Shown: one piece after another, positions 10,379 to 20,709 of the stretch
How positions within the stretch are numbered: the stretch's first letter is position 1
How the letters are laid out: each line of letters opens with the position of its first letter
IMG/VR virus record: IMGVR_UViG_3300037067_017589
Source of the DNA: an uncultured virus (IMG/VR IMGVR_UViG_3300037067_017589)
Taxonomy: Duplodnaviria; Heunggongvirae; Uroviricota; Caudoviricetes
Reading direction: 5' to 3' (one strand)
Length of the DNA: 64,000 bases
Notes under the pieces: generated by a model
What the model was told of the DNA's origin: nothing
The model's input: only the letters and a program-made list of their open reading frames with translations
Database searches by the model: none
Program-made: the position numbers and the translations under genes

Positions 10379-10427
10379 AATTATTATTCTCCAATAATGA
10401 GTGTTTGCCACTCGAATTCATACAAGT

Positions 10428-10455
10428 ATTATAAATATCGAAAATTTTTTGTCAA
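10428..10455 (-). promoter_or_regulatory. sigma70-type promoter for the Hsp20 genes
   Basis: TTGACA-N16-TATAAT, perfect consensus boxes. Confidence 0.75.
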
Positions 10456-10502
10456 GAACTTTTCTACTTTTTTTTATATATCAAAAAAATTAATTTTCAA
10501 TA

Positions 10503-11151
10503 TTATTTAAGTTCATTCTTATTTCCCTTTTTAAGATTAGAAAAAGATTCCATAGGGCGCAGGTTTTTAAGTGCCCAACACTTTTGAAAATTATATTCTT
10601 CCATTGAAATATATGGCAATTTACTTTGAGGAATTATATGATCTATTTGCCATGTTCTTTTATTATTACTAATTCTACCATGGTTATTCAAAGTCATCCA
10701 ATTTTCCCATTGTGATTCAATATGTTGTTTAAGTTCACTAATTGTATATGGAATATATTGTAATATAGATTTCCCAAATTTAGATGAATCTTGTTTTTTA
10801 AGTGATATATTAATCATTCTAGAAATATTCATACGTAATTTGAAAATTGGATCTTTTAATTTCCGTTGTTTTATATATTTTTTATTATATTCTNNNNNNN
10901 NNNNNNNNNNNNNNNNNNNNNNNNNNNNNNNNNNNNNNNNNNNNNNNNNNNNNNNNNNNNNNNNNNNNNNNNNNNNNNNNNNNNNNNNNNNNNATATTCT
11001 GAAATTTTATTTCTGAAATTTTATTTTTATTATTAATTTTATATTCTTTTTCACATTTTTTACAATATAATTGTAATCCATCTTTTTTGTTTTTATATTT
11101 ACTAAATTCAGATTTATTTTTTTCTATTTTACATTTTGTACATACTTTCAT
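10503..11151 (-). CDS. HNH-type endonuclease, near-identical paralogue of 1885..2682, interrupted by an assembly gap
   Basis: N-terminal MKVCTKC...CKKC and C-terminal WQIDHIIP...CWALKNLRP on either side of an N-run. Confidence 0.75.
10894..10993. other. assembly gap (100 N)
   Basis: run of N inside the repetitive part of the HNH gene. Confidence 1.
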
Positions 11152-11162
11152 TTGAAATCCCA

Positions 11163-12404
11163 TTAAATAATTATTGATAATTTATCAGTTGATCGGGTTA
11201 CAGCTGTATAAGCCCAACGTTTATAATTATCTTCAGTAACTGGTGAAGGTCTTTCGTTGTAAACAATAACATTATTTAATTGACTTCCTTGCATTTTATG
11301 TACAGTCAAAGCATATCCATAGTCAAAAAGAAAACCAAGTTCACCCCAATGTTTAACTTCCATCCCAAACATCTTTAATTCATCAAAAGATGAAAATGTT
11401 TTTGCAAAACCAAATTGGTGTCTACACAATGGACTTAAATATAATTTAATATTTTCATAAGGAAAATTTATAAAACCACCAATAAAATTCTCATCAATTT
11501 CGTGAACACTAGATAGGAAATAACCTCTGTACCCATTATAAAACGGAGTTTTCTCACGTTTATTAGAATTTTTTAGGCAAATTACAATATCATTTGTTAA
11601 TGGAATTTTATTAGATATCCCAAAAACTATATTGCGTAGCATTGTATTTAGTTTACATCTAGTAGCGTTAGTATAACATAAAACAGCTGATTCAAGTATT
11701 TCATTAGGATCGTGAATTCCTTTATAACTTTCTTTTAAAAAATCTATATATTCGTGTTTTTTAATTATTGAAATATGTTCATTACTCTTATAATTTTTGA
11801 AATCATAATTTCCATTTCTGATTTGGAATGATAAATTAATAATAGGATTGTTTTCAGCTTGGCGATGAATTTTATCAAGTTTTAAATCTGGATTTTTCAT
11901 TAAAGAAAATTTACCTTCAATTGGAGGTAATTGTCCATGATCTCCTATTGCTAAAACATCAATTTCATAAACAAGCAAATCATTAAATATATCTTCTGAA
12001 ATCATTGAAGCCTCATCAAGTACAATCACATCATACTCGATAGCCTTATTCCTAGCCCAATAAATTATTTCACCTTTATCATTTTCTATTGGTTTATAAA
12101 TTAATTTATGGATAGTCCCACAATAATGAGTTCCATCATTAACTGTAATTCCCTGTTCTTTTAATTTTTTACCAAGAACAGAGGCTGCTCTTCCTGATAG
12201 GGCACAAAATGCAAACCTAACAGCGTGCTTAAATTCATTTGCAAGATGCGATACTAAAGTAGTTTTACCTGATCCTGCAATACCTCCCATTGTTAATATT
12301 TTAGGATTTATTTGAGTAGGTGTTACAATACCGCCTTCAGATAACCATTTGGCTATAGTATTATATACAATTTCTTGATCTTCTGATAATGTAAAATTTT
12401 TCAT
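11163..12404 (-). CDS. RecD/Dda-like SF1B helicase
   Basis: LSEDQ, GIAGSGKT, LDEASM, GDHGQLPP, IHRQ, YALTVHKMQGS, YTAVTR. Confidence 0.92.
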   Translation of the reverse strand: MKNFTLSEDQEIVYNTIAKWLSEGGIVTPTQINPKILTMGGIAGSGKTTLVSHLANEFKHAVRFAFCALSGRAASVLGKKLKEQGITVNDGTHYCGTIHKLIYKPIENDKGEIIYWARNKAIEYDVIVLDEASMISEDIFNDLLVYEIDVLAIGDHGQLPPIEGKFSLMKNPDLKLDKIHRQAENNPIINLSFQIRNGNYDFKNYKSNEHISIIKKHEYIDFLKESYKGIHDPNEILESAVLCYTNATRCKLNTMLRNIVFGISNKIPLTNDIVICLKNSNKREKTPFYNGYRGYFLSSVHEIDENFIGGFINFPYENIKLYLSPLCRHQFGFAKTFSSFDELKMFGMEVKHWGELGFLFDYGYALTVHKMQGSQLNNVIVYNERPSPVTEDNYKRWAYTAVTRSTDKLSIII

Positions 12405-12895
12405 TTTATTAAATTTAAATGGGCAAATTTCGCCCATTTCCCATTTGGTTCAAGTTTTAGATATTTAGCCCAATATTTTTTAGCTAAAAAAGGGTTGCCA
12501 ATATATTCATATGACAATCCTATATTATAATAAGCTGAACTAAATTTAGGATCTAATTCAATTGCTTTTAAAAAATATTTAATCGAATTGTTATATAAAT
12601 TTTTTCTTTTAAAAACACAACCAATATTATAAATAGTAATTGGTTCATTAGGATTGATTTCGAGTGCTTTTTCGTAAAATTCTATAGCTTTATCATAATT
12701 TTTATTATGATAAAATAAATTACCAAGAGTAGTATATAAAAAATCTTCCCATGGATTTAATTTAATTGCTTGTAAATATAATTCGATAGCTTCTTCTGGT
12801 TTTTCTTTATCTATTTCTGTAGCTTGATAATAAAGTTTTAATGAATCTGCTATATTATTATGTTTAATACTATTTTTCAAACTAATAATAACCAT
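12401..12895 (-). CDS. TPR repeat protein
   Basis: repeats such as LGNLFY...YDKAIEFYEKALEINP. Confidence 0.9.
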   Translation of the reverse strand: MVIISLKNSIKHNNIADSLKLYYQATEIDKEKPEEAIELYLQAIKLNPWEDFLYTTLGNLFYHNKNYDKAIEFYEKALEINPNEPITIYNIGCVFKRKNLYNNSIKYFLKAIELDPKFSSAYYNIGLSYEYIGNPFLAKKYWAKYLKLEPNGKWAKFAHLNLIK

Positions 12896-12920
12896 ATAGT
12901 GAATCCTTGATACTTTTTAT

Positions 12921-14099
12921 TTAAATCCTATTAAATTCTAAAATCATATTTCTTACAATATTATCGAAAAAATTAACATCTGGAACTTTAGGTAAAGTAC
13001 ATTTTTTTATAATTTCATTAAGTTCATTATCTTCTTTCTCGGCAAATTCTACAATTTGATCGTATGTCCAAGCTCCATTACGAATAGCTAATAATTCTTC
13101 AGCATCCGGTCTTTTAATTAAAAGTTTACCAGTTTCTAAAATTTCTCTACATGTACGAAGAAGTCTAATAAGATGTGTTGCAAATTTCAAATCAAAACCA
13201 AACTTTTTTTCTAATTCAGCACGTTTAGGATTTCTATTTAATTTCCATTCTTGATATTGATTATATTCTCTTTTTGCGGTTCTATATTTTTTTTCCATTA
13301 CTAAAATTTTAATAAAATTTTCATCAAACCCTTGAAATTTAGCTATACCACTATACAAAGCATCTTCAGTTGAATTGTATTTATTATTTCCAATTGGATA
13401 TTGAATATCTGAATGAAGTGAATTCCAAACAACTTTCATAGATTTATTCATTGCTTGTGAAAGTTCAATTTTAACATCTTCTGGCAAATGAGTTTGATCA
13501 ATTACAAAATCATCAACTTCTTGTTGAATTAATGTATTAGCAGCTCCAAATTGATCTTGGCTAATCAAACTATATTCTGGTAATCCAAAATCTTTTCGTG
13601 TAGGTTTTTTTTCTACAGGATTTAAAATCCAACATCTATGTGTCTTAATTCTTTTAAGCTGAGAAAGTGCATAACCACAAAATCTTGCTTTTACAGCTTT
13701 TGATAATAATTTATTTTTATTATTTAATAATTCTTGCATAATCGGATTGCTAATTACATGATCTGATTCTTCTGTAAATAAAACTTCCAATACAGATGGA
13801 TTATTGGATAATGCAAGTCGCATGAATTTTGATAATTCTGTAATTTGCATATCAGGAGCATCATTTCTATTTTCTATTCTAGGATCTCCTTTTAATAATC
13901 CTTGTGGAAAGTTCACATAAATATGTTTTGTATTACTATCTACAAATTGTTCAAATTTTTCATTTAATCCAATATAATATTTAATTGGTGGAATACAAAT
14001 TCCACGGTAATCATAATCACTAGTAGGTGTTGCAATTCCATATGCTTGTGAACCACTTAATGTTAAAAATATTGTTGATTTATATATATTAAATGTCAT
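12921..14099 (-). CDS. pol-beta superfamily nucleotidyltransferase (RlaP/Nuc-transf-like)
   Basis: SGSQAYG...SDYDYRG, NPSVLE, GFDLKFATHLIRLL, LLAIRNG. Confidence 0.88.
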   Translation of the reverse strand: MTFNIYKSTIFLTLSGSQAYGIATPTSDYDYRGICIPPIKYYIGLNEKFEQFVDSNTKHIYVNFPQGLLKGDPRIENRNDAPDMQITELSKFMRLALSNNPSVLEVLFTEESDHVISNPIMQELLNNKNKLLSKAVKARFCGYALSQLKRIKTHRCWILNPVEKKPTRKDFGLPEYSLISQDQFGAANTLIQQEVDDFVIDQTHLPEDVKIELSQAMNKSMKVVWNSLHSDIQYPIGNNKYNSTEDALYSGIAKFQGFDENFIKILVMEKKYRTAKREYNQYQEWKLNRNPKRAELEKKFGFDLKFATHLIRLLRTCREILETGKLLIKRPDAEELLAIRNGAWTYDQIVEFAEKEDNELNEIIKKCTLPKVPDVNFFDNIVRNMILEFNRI

Positions 14100-14106
14100 T
14101 TTTATC

Positions 14107-14541
14107 TCACAAGGTAATGGTTGGATTTACTTGAAATAAATCAATTCCAAGTTTTCTACTAATTTCCAAAATTCTTTCATCACGGTAAAATTCATAATAT
14201 ACAATTTTTTTAATTCCAGAATTAATAATTAAAGAAAAACAATTATAGCATGGTGATGCTGTAACATATATAGAAGATTTATTTATAGATACACCATGGC
14301 GGGCAGCTTGAGAAATAGCATTAGCCTCAGCATGAACTGTTCTAATACAATGATTATTTTCCATTAAATGTCCAATATCATCACAATGAGGCATACCACA
14401 TATAGAACCATTATAACCAGTCGCTAAAATAGAATTATTTTTAACAATAACAGCTCCTACATGTTTTCGATCACAAGTTGAACGTGTTGCTACAATTATT
14501 GCAATATTAATAAAATATTGATCCCAAGAATCTCTAATCAT
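14107..14541 (-). CDS. dCMP deaminase (ComEB-like)
   Basis: RSTC...VGAVIV, TGYNG, HAEANA, PCYNC. Confidence 0.93.
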   Translation of the reverse strand: MIRDSWDQYFINIAIIVATRSTCDRKHVGAVIVKNNSILATGYNGSICGMPHCDDIGHLMENNHCIRTVHAEANAISQAARHGVSINKSSIYVTASPCYNCFSLIINSGIKKIVYYEFYRDERILEISRKLGIDLFQVNPTITL

Positions 14542-14789
14542 AAATTACCTAAATTTTCTCTAACTTCAGTTAATATAAATTCTAAAAGATTTTCACCATT
14601 CCATTTTTTCGGTTCATGAATTTCTGTATTAGATGATGATAAACCAATTCCCCATATTTTATCAAATGGATTTACTTCTACAAGAATTTTATAATCAGTA
14701 GATAATAATTTATCTAATAATAAATTATTTTGAGAAAATTTATCCAAATTTCCTTGATATATAATATTATATTTATTAATATCCCAAAC
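14538..14789 (-). pseudogene. NADAR/YbiA-family gene, 5' half lost to an IS remnant
   Basis: VWDINKYNIIYQGNLDKFSQN..L...LLST...LVEVNPFDKIWGIG...W.GENLL. The frame joins TnpB remnant DNA at 14790. Confidence 0.82.
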
Positions 14790-14992
14790 ACGTTGATTAA
14801 GGAAATAATTATATAGCCAATTAAGTTTATTAGCATGAAGCCAAAATTTAGCTTGTTGTTCCTTGGAAGGATATAATTTATATTAAAAAGTTAACATAAT
14901 TATTCTTGTAATATTCTTTGATTTTATAAAATAATAAAATTCCATGGCAATTCATCCTTCCCCTAAAGGAAAGGGACTTCTTGCACGTTAGG
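14790..14992 (-). mobile_element. IS200/IS605 remnant: left end plus 5' fragment of tnpB
   Basis: TTTAA precedes CCTAACGTGCAAGAAGTCCC left end. 14790-14908 is near-identical to 218-336 but has an early stop (ATG TTA ACT TTT TAA). Confidence 0.88.
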
Positions 14993-15019
14993 TTAAAAAA
15001 ACACTAACATAGAAAAATT

Positions 15020-15325
15020 TTATTGTAAAGATTTTTCTTGTTCTATAAAATTTAATTTATTTTTTCTAAATTCTAAACGATCATTTCCTTCTTCTTTAAG
15101 ATATTGATTATATTTTTTATCACCAACTGCAAATGTTTCATCATCATATAAAAATCCTTCTTGATCTTGGGTTTCTAGTATTCCAGTAATTATTAATCTT
15201 TTTTTATTTTGCGGATCAAGATCTATAATTAATGCTAACCCTAATGGATGAAGTACTTTTCTATTTATTTCAAAAACCAATCCTTTATCAATTAAAAATT
15301 TACCATAAGATTTGTAATCAATCAT
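15020..15325 (-). CDS. hypothetical phage protein
   Basis: 101 aa, GLVFEINRKVLHPLGLAL. Confidence 0.75.
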   Translation of the reverse strand: MIDYKSYGKFLIDKGLVFEINRKVLHPLGLALIIDLDPQNKKRLIITGILETQDQEGFLYDDETFAVGDKKYNQYLKEEGNDRLEFRKNKLNFIEQEKSLQ

Positions 15326-16775
15326 TTTGACCTCTCAATGGCCTAGTTGTTCCGTTTAATTTTTTATAAATACTATCTACAATTTTTCGTCTAATTCTTT
15401 GTAAATATATTAATGAATACATTTCATAATGAGGGGGAATTCTAAAGTGTACAACATTTACAATAGTGTTTTGTTCAACAGTACTTTTCATTTTAATATT
15501 AGAAAAACTATAATATTCTATTTCTGATAATAATGATTTACCAAATTCATCGGTAATATTACATAACCAACCAATGAAACAAGGGCCTTTACATTTAGAA
15601 CCTGTAAAAATTTCATGAGTATTATTAGTTATTAATCCGCTTTCCCTTACATAAGATGTAAATTCACTCATACCAAGAAATAAATTTAAATTTTTATCTA
15701 ACAAAGAGAAGACTTCTACTGGGCCATCTTCACTATCTATAATAAATGGTAAAAGATTTTCTATTAGATGAATATATTGTTGAAAAATAAGGCTTTGAAT
15801 TGGTTTTTCGCCCAAAGCTTTACCATGTATTAAATAATTTATCATACTAACAGGATCTTGTTCGAGTAAATTTTCAAAAGCTTTATACATTAAATATTTT
15901 TTATTTAATTTTTTATTATCTAATTTATTTTTTTGAGAAATTATTACAGATTTTGCTATATTAAATTCTTTTATAAATTGTTCTGACTGTTCAATTAAAA
16001 TATCTGATGTAATTGAATTAGAATTAATCATATCTTGCAATTCAATACCAGATGAATTATTGTTTTTTGCTAAATATTTTGAATTAATACTAATTGTTTT
16101 ATCAGATTTTTTACCTAAAGGATGATTCATCAAATCTAATTCTGATATTAATCCAAACCATGAACAATTATTATATGGGCAACTTACAACTTTATTATAA
16201 TTTGATAATAAAAAAGATTCTGGTATAAAGCGACTACAATAAGGGCATCTTCTTCCTTTACGAGAATGTAAAGAAAACACTTTTCTTATTCTATATTCAT
16301 ATTCCTGATTAGATGTTTTATTTTCAATATTTTTTAAATTTTCAAATTCTTTTGTACAAACATTACATCTAAGAAATTTTCCTTCATAATCTAAAAATTC
16401 TTTTTTCCCTACATTTTTACATGCTGGACATAATGGAATTGAATGTAAAGAATGTTTTGATTGGGTACAAGATAAATCATTTTTTTCAATATTAGAAAAA
16501 TTATTTAAACAAGTTAATAAATAAGGTTCGATATCTCTATTAGATTTCCAATGTTTTTTATTTATAATAAATGTAATTACACCATTTTTTAATACTTCGG
16601 AAGCTTGTTCTTGAAATGCAGAAAAAGCTATTTTTTGATCCGTTCCATAAGTAAATTTTGCTAATGAATATATTTTATTATCAAAATATTCGATTAATTC
16701 AGGAATTAATAATTTAATATTATCTTCTGTTAAATTTGCAGCATTTTTATTTATATTTTGAATTATATTATTCAA
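15318..16775 (-). CDS. cysteine-rich protein, possible divergent sigma70-like factor with zinc-ribbon insert
   Basis: CPAC, CNVC, CPYC, CPYNNC. The N-terminus resembles sigma region 2 and ISINS...GIELQDMI resembles region 3.2. Confidence 0.4.
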   Translation of the reverse strand: MNNIIQNINKNAANLTEDNIKLLIPELIEYFDNKIYSLAKFTYGTDQKIAFSAFQEQASEVLKNGVITFIINKKHWKSNRDIEPYLLTCLNNFSNIEKNDLSCTQSKHSLHSIPLCPACKNVGKKEFLDYEGKFLRCNVCTKEFENLKNIENKTSNQEYEYRIRKVFSLHSRKGRRCPYCSRFIPESFLLSNYNKVVSCPYNNCSWFGLISELDLMNHPLGKKSDKTISINSKYLAKNNNSSGIELQDMINSNSITSDILIEQSEQFIKEFNIAKSVIISQKNKLDNKKLNKKYLMYKAFENLLEQDPVSMINYLIHGKALGEKPIQSLIFQQYIHLIENLLPFIIDSEDGPVEVFSLLDKNLNLFLGMSEFTSYVRESGLITNNTHEIFTGSKCKGPCFIGWLCNITDEFGKSLLSEIEYYSFSNIKMKSTVEQNTIVNVVHFRIPPHYEMYSLIYLQRIRRKIVDSIYKKLNGTTRPLRGQND

Positions 16776-16828
16776 TTGAATTATCCTTTCAGATAATAAT
16801 TTATAAAATGAAAAAGTTTTACTAAACC

Positions 16829-16858
16829 AAAGATATCACGATAATGAAATAGTTGCAA
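16829..16858 (-). promoter_or_regulatory. sigma70-type promoter
   Basis: TTGCAA-N17-TATCTT with TG extension. Confidence 0.5.
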
Positions 16859-16863
16859 CTTTT

Positions 16864-17250
16864 TTATGAATTTGTGCATATTATTTTAGAAATAGTTTCT
16901 ATACTTGGTGAAAATCCTATATAATCACCAACTTTAATTCCAAGTTTACTTACTGTACCATATGGTAATTCTACAACCAAATCAGATGGTTCATTTGGAC
17001 CAATTAATTCTGTTGATAAAGGATTTCCTTTATATATACCTATTATATTATTATCTTTGCAAAAGACTATATCTAAAGCAGATGGAGTATTATTCATCCA
17101 ATATTTATTATAAGTAGCTTTTTTATATGGAAAAGTCATTATTGGTGGTGGCCATTCTTTCCACATTAAACCACGCTGTTGTTCATTTTTAGTTACAGCA
17201 ACTAATGTTGGAAGACAATATCCATTTATGCTTATAATATCATTAATCAT
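16864..17250 (-). CDS. DUF192 family protein
   Basis: VA.T..EQQRGLM, YWMNNTPSALDIVF, VVELPYG...LGIKVGD. Confidence 0.88.
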   Translation of the reverse strand: MINDIISINGYCLPTLVAVTKNEQQRGLMWKEWPPPIMTFPYKKATYNKYWMNNTPSALDIVFCKDNNIIGIYKGNPLSTELIGPNEPSDLVVELPYGTVSKLGIKVGDYIGFSPSIETISKIICTNS

Positions 17251-19444
17251 TATAGCTTCCGGATTTTAATTTTTCTATTTCAGAAACAAAATATACTAAA
17301 TCTTGTTCAATTTTAGAAAGTTTTTTAAGACCATCACGATCATTTTCTAATAATTTTTTAATTTGTTTTAATTCAGATATATCATGAATTGGAATTTTTT
17401 CATTGTTTAATTTTTTATGTTTTTTATTTTTTTTATTTTTAAGTGTTAAATTACTATTATATAATTCTGCTAAATCATAAAGTTTATCAAAAATTTCATA
17501 TATAGAATCATAAAAAGTAAATCCTATTGATATTAAATTTGAAAAATTAACATTACGTTTTTCAAGTAAATTCATCATATCTTGAAGTCCATCTATTGCT
17601 TTGACTATATTTCTAGAAATATGAATACGAACTTCTTTATTTTGATCACTTGAAAAAAAGTCTTCTTTAGTTCTTTTTAACCAACGAGTAAATTGATTAG
17701 CATTAATAATAATACAATTATTAGAATCTTGTTTACTAAGTTCTTCTTTTAGAAGAAATCCTTTTTCTGCAGAAAATTCATTTGCAGCTTTATTTTGTTC
17801 TATTTCACTAAAAGTTGTTCCAATATCAAACTTCTTTTTTTCATTTTTTGCTTGTATTTCTATTTGAATAGAATTCATTAAATACAATGCAGATCCTACT
17901 TCTATTAAAAATTCTTTATATTTATTTAATAATGGGGTAAGTTTTTTAATTTTTACCAAATCAGAATAAATTGAACCTATAATAGTATTTTGATCTGTTA
18001 TTTTATTTTTCCAAAATTCTAAATTATATTTTGAATTTTTAATAGTAGTATTGTATTTTGAACGAATTTCTTTATATTCATTTATTATATTAGCAATATT
18101 TTTTCTTATAATTGAAACTATTTCTAATCTTGTTAAAGGTTTTGATATTTTAGCTTGTTCTTCTATATATTCTGGTTCAATTGGAATTATTGACTGTTCT
18201 ATACTAGGGTTTATAACATCAATAGTAGGGATTTTCAATACATCTTTTAATTGCTCTTCTGTATTGGGTAATGTTTGTTTATCTATTTTGTCTGCAATTT
18301 GTTGTAATTTAACAGATTCAGCTTCTGCCTGATCCGCTATATTATTTTTTTCAATAGCTTCTTCTGTTGATTTACTTGCTATTTGTTGTGCTATTAATTT
18401 TTCAGATTCATCTGTTTTATTAACAATTGCTAATTCTGCAGATTCTGCAATAGTTTTTGCTTTATCTGCTTCTATTCTTAATCTTTCAGCTTCTTCTTTT
18501 TTCTTTTGAGCTATAGCTTGATGAAGATCTTTTAATAAATCAATATTTTTTTCTGGTAAAGAACTTACGGGGTTTAAAATTTCTTCTACTCCAGGAATTT
18601 TTGGAATTTTATCACCTGGTTTTCTAAGTGGTTTTTGTGGTTGTTCAATATCTGTTTTATCTATAGTAATATCAGAAATAGGTTTGAAATCTATTTCTGG
18701 TTTTGAAGGTATTTTTATATTAGTAATTGATTTATCTATTTTTTTACCTGTTAATAATTTATATTCTTCAGTTAATTGTTTTAATTCTATTTGCGAAGAA
18801 TTAAGTAAATCATTTAATGTTTTATTAAATGGTTCGAAAAAACCAGAACGTGTAGCTCTATATACTTGTTTAGCAGATAGAACAGAATTAAAAACATCAT
18901 CATTTAAAACTTTATCATCAAGTTTTTCTAAATATTTTTCAAGATTTGATAATCCTCTTAAAAGTTTTAATCTATCCCATTTGCCTTCTTCACGTGCAAA
19001 TGGAGCAATTATATGAGACCATATACGTGTTAATTTATTACTAGCAAACTTTTCTAATTCTTCATTTACAGCTGCTGTTGCAAGTTCCATTTCTTGTGAT
19101 TTTTGTATCTCATTTATTTTTTGCATTCTATCAGAAATACGATGAGAACGTTCAGCTGAATATGTATCTTGTAAATTACTAATATTTTTTAAATCATTAA
19201 TTATATCACTAAATTCATTAGCAATATTTATTCCAAAATTAATAACTTGATCTGGCATAGGTTGAGTAAGATTTATTTTTTCATTTATACCAATAATAGG
19301 AGATGGTCCACCATTCCAAGCTTTTTTTAAAGCTATGATGGCATCAATCACTTTACTAGATCTTTGATTTAAAACATCCTTTTCAGATACAATTTTTTCT
19401 TGTGTAGGATCTTTTCTTTTACTTCTAGAAATCTTATCAATCAT
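17243..19444 (-). CDS. large helical hypothetical protein, possibly a virion internal protein
   Basis: 733 aa, coiled coil and Pro-rich linker, two related segments (ASNKLTRIW / NANQFTRWL). Confidence 0.6.
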   Translation of the reverse strand: MIDKISRSKRKDPTQEKIVSEKDVLNQRSSKVIDAIIALKKAWNGGPSPIIGINEKINLTQPMPDQVINFGINIANEFSDIINDLKNISNLQDTYSAERSHRISDRMQKINEIQKSQEMELATAAVNEELEKFASNKLTRIWSHIIAPFAREEGKWDRLKLLRGLSNLEKYLEKLDDKVLNDDVFNSVLSAKQVYRATRSGFFEPFNKTLNDLLNSSQIELKQLTEEYKLLTGKKIDKSITNIKIPSKPEIDFKPISDITIDKTDIEQPQKPLRKPGDKIPKIPGVEEILNPVSSLPEKNIDLLKDLHQAIAQKKKEEAERLRIEADKAKTIAESAELAIVNKTDESEKLIAQQIASKSTEEAIEKNNIADQAEAESVKLQQIADKIDKQTLPNTEEQLKDVLKIPTIDVINPSIEQSIIPIEPEYIEEQAKISKPLTRLEIVSIIRKNIANIINEYKEIRSKYNTTIKNSKYNLEFWKNKITDQNTIIGSIYSDLVKIKKLTPLLNKYKEFLIEVGSALYLMNSIQIEIQAKNEKKKFDIGTTFSEIEQNKAANEFSAEKGFLLKEELSKQDSNNCIIINANQFTRWLKRTKEDFFSSDQNKEVRIHISRNIVKAIDGLQDMMNLLEKRNVNFSNLISIGFTFYDSIYEIFDKLYDLAELYNSNLTLKNKKNKKHKKLNNEKIPIHDISELKQIKKLLENDRDGLKKLSKIEQDLVYFVSEIEKLKSGSYND

Positions 19445-19468
19445 GATTTAATATCTAAATATTCGTTA

Positions 19469-19732
19469 TTATTTCAAACTAAACTTTCTAAAAGTACCAC
19501 ATATAGTACAAATAACACGTAATGATTTTACAATATCTAATTCTTCAGATTTATCAATAATTAATTTTTTAGATATATTTACAATAGGATATTTTCTAGG
19601 TGAAGATTTTAGTGAAGCTCTAAAACGAATAGAATCTTCTATAACAAACATCATAGATTCACTACCAGAATTACATTTTTTGCATCTATATCTATTAGAT
19701 ATGAATTTTATTTTTGTGATATAATCATTCAT
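19469..19732 (-). CDS. zinc-ribbon hypothetical protein
   Basis: CKKC...CTIC. Confidence 0.65.
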   Translation of the reverse strand: MNDYITKIKFISNRYRCKKCNSGSESMMFVIEDSIRFRASLKSSPRKYPIVNISKKLIIDKSEELDIVKSLRVICTICGTFRKFSLK

Positions 19733-20396
19733 CTATTTCTTTATTAATTTGTTCTTCTGCTTTAATTGATACTTCTTTTGTTAACAAAGGTAATTGTGGT
19801 TTTGAAAAGGGTAAAATATGATCAATTATACCATATTCTTTTGCTTCTTTTGCACTCATAAATTTATCTAATTTAGTATCTCTTTTAATTTTGGCTTTAG
19901 TATGACCAGTATGTCTTGCTAATATTTCAGTTAAATAATCTTGAATAGATTTAATCTCTTTAGCACTAATTTCTAGTTCGGTATTAGATCCTCCAATTCC
20001 CTCTACTTGTATTTGATGAATCATAATTCTAGAATTAGGCATAGCAAAACGTTTACCAATAGAACCTGATGCTAGTATAATCGAAGCTGCAGAACATACC
20101 TCTCCAATGCATACTGTTTTAATTGGTGCTTTAATTCTATTCATCATATCATAAATTGCAAATAAACCAGAGACACATCCACCCGGACTACTAATCCATA
20201 AACTAATTATTTTTTCACTACTCTCTCTATCTAATAAAAATAATAATGCAACTATTTGACTTGCTATTTCATCATTAATTTCACAATCTAAATAAATTAC
20301 ACGATCTTTAATTAATCGAGATGATACGTCATACATCCTCTCGCCATCTTTTGTTTTTTCTATAAACACTGGATTAAGATTTTTAATTATAGACAT
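19725..20396 (-). CDS. clpP: ClpP protease subunit
   Basis: YDVSSRLIKDRVI, ISSPGG, CSAAS (Ser), MIHQ (His), DKFMSAKEAKEYGIID. Confidence 0.95.
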   Translation of the reverse strand: MSIIKNLNPVFIEKTKDGERMYDVSSRLIKDRVIYLDCEINDEIASQIVALLFLLDRESSEKIISLWISSPGGCVSGLFAIYDMMNRIKAPIKTVCIGEVCSAASIILASGSIGKRFAMPNSRIMIHQIQVEGIGGSNTELEISAKEIKSIQDYLTEILARHTGHTKAKIKRDTKLDKFMSAKEAKEYGIIDHILPFSKPQLPLLTKEVSIKAEEQINKEIDE

Positions 20397-20474
20397 TATA
20401 CATCTCCAATATTATGAGTTAAAATTAATTATTTCCACTACAATGCTATATCAATATTTTGTTTAAATATTAAT

Positions 20475-20700
20475 ATGAACTACCCTCACCTAAAGGTTTC
20501 TTGGATCCCAATGGTTCCAACATATTGAGGATTATCCTCAATATCCTGTTCCAGGTAATAAATGTTTAACACCTAAAATTTTGATTCGTTTTTTCTAAAA
20601 AATCACATCATATATTTGAATCAAGCCTCAAAGAGGCTTTGTGCTAAAAAATAGCACCATGTGATCTTCTATCTTAGAATATATCAAGAGATTCCTAAAA
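20475..20700 (-). mobile_element. non-autonomous IS200/IS605 derivative, right end and omegaRNA-like core (left end lost)
   Basis: Homologous to 22113-22410. Ends GGGTAGTTCAT on minus strand, small deletion in the right-end hairpin. Confidence 0.85.
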
Positions 20701-20709
20701 TTTATTTAT

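Noticed and set aside
10398..10414. CIRCE element before Hsp20
   Set aside because: Half-sites are in the opposite order and spacing to TTAGCACTC-N9-GAGTGCTAA.
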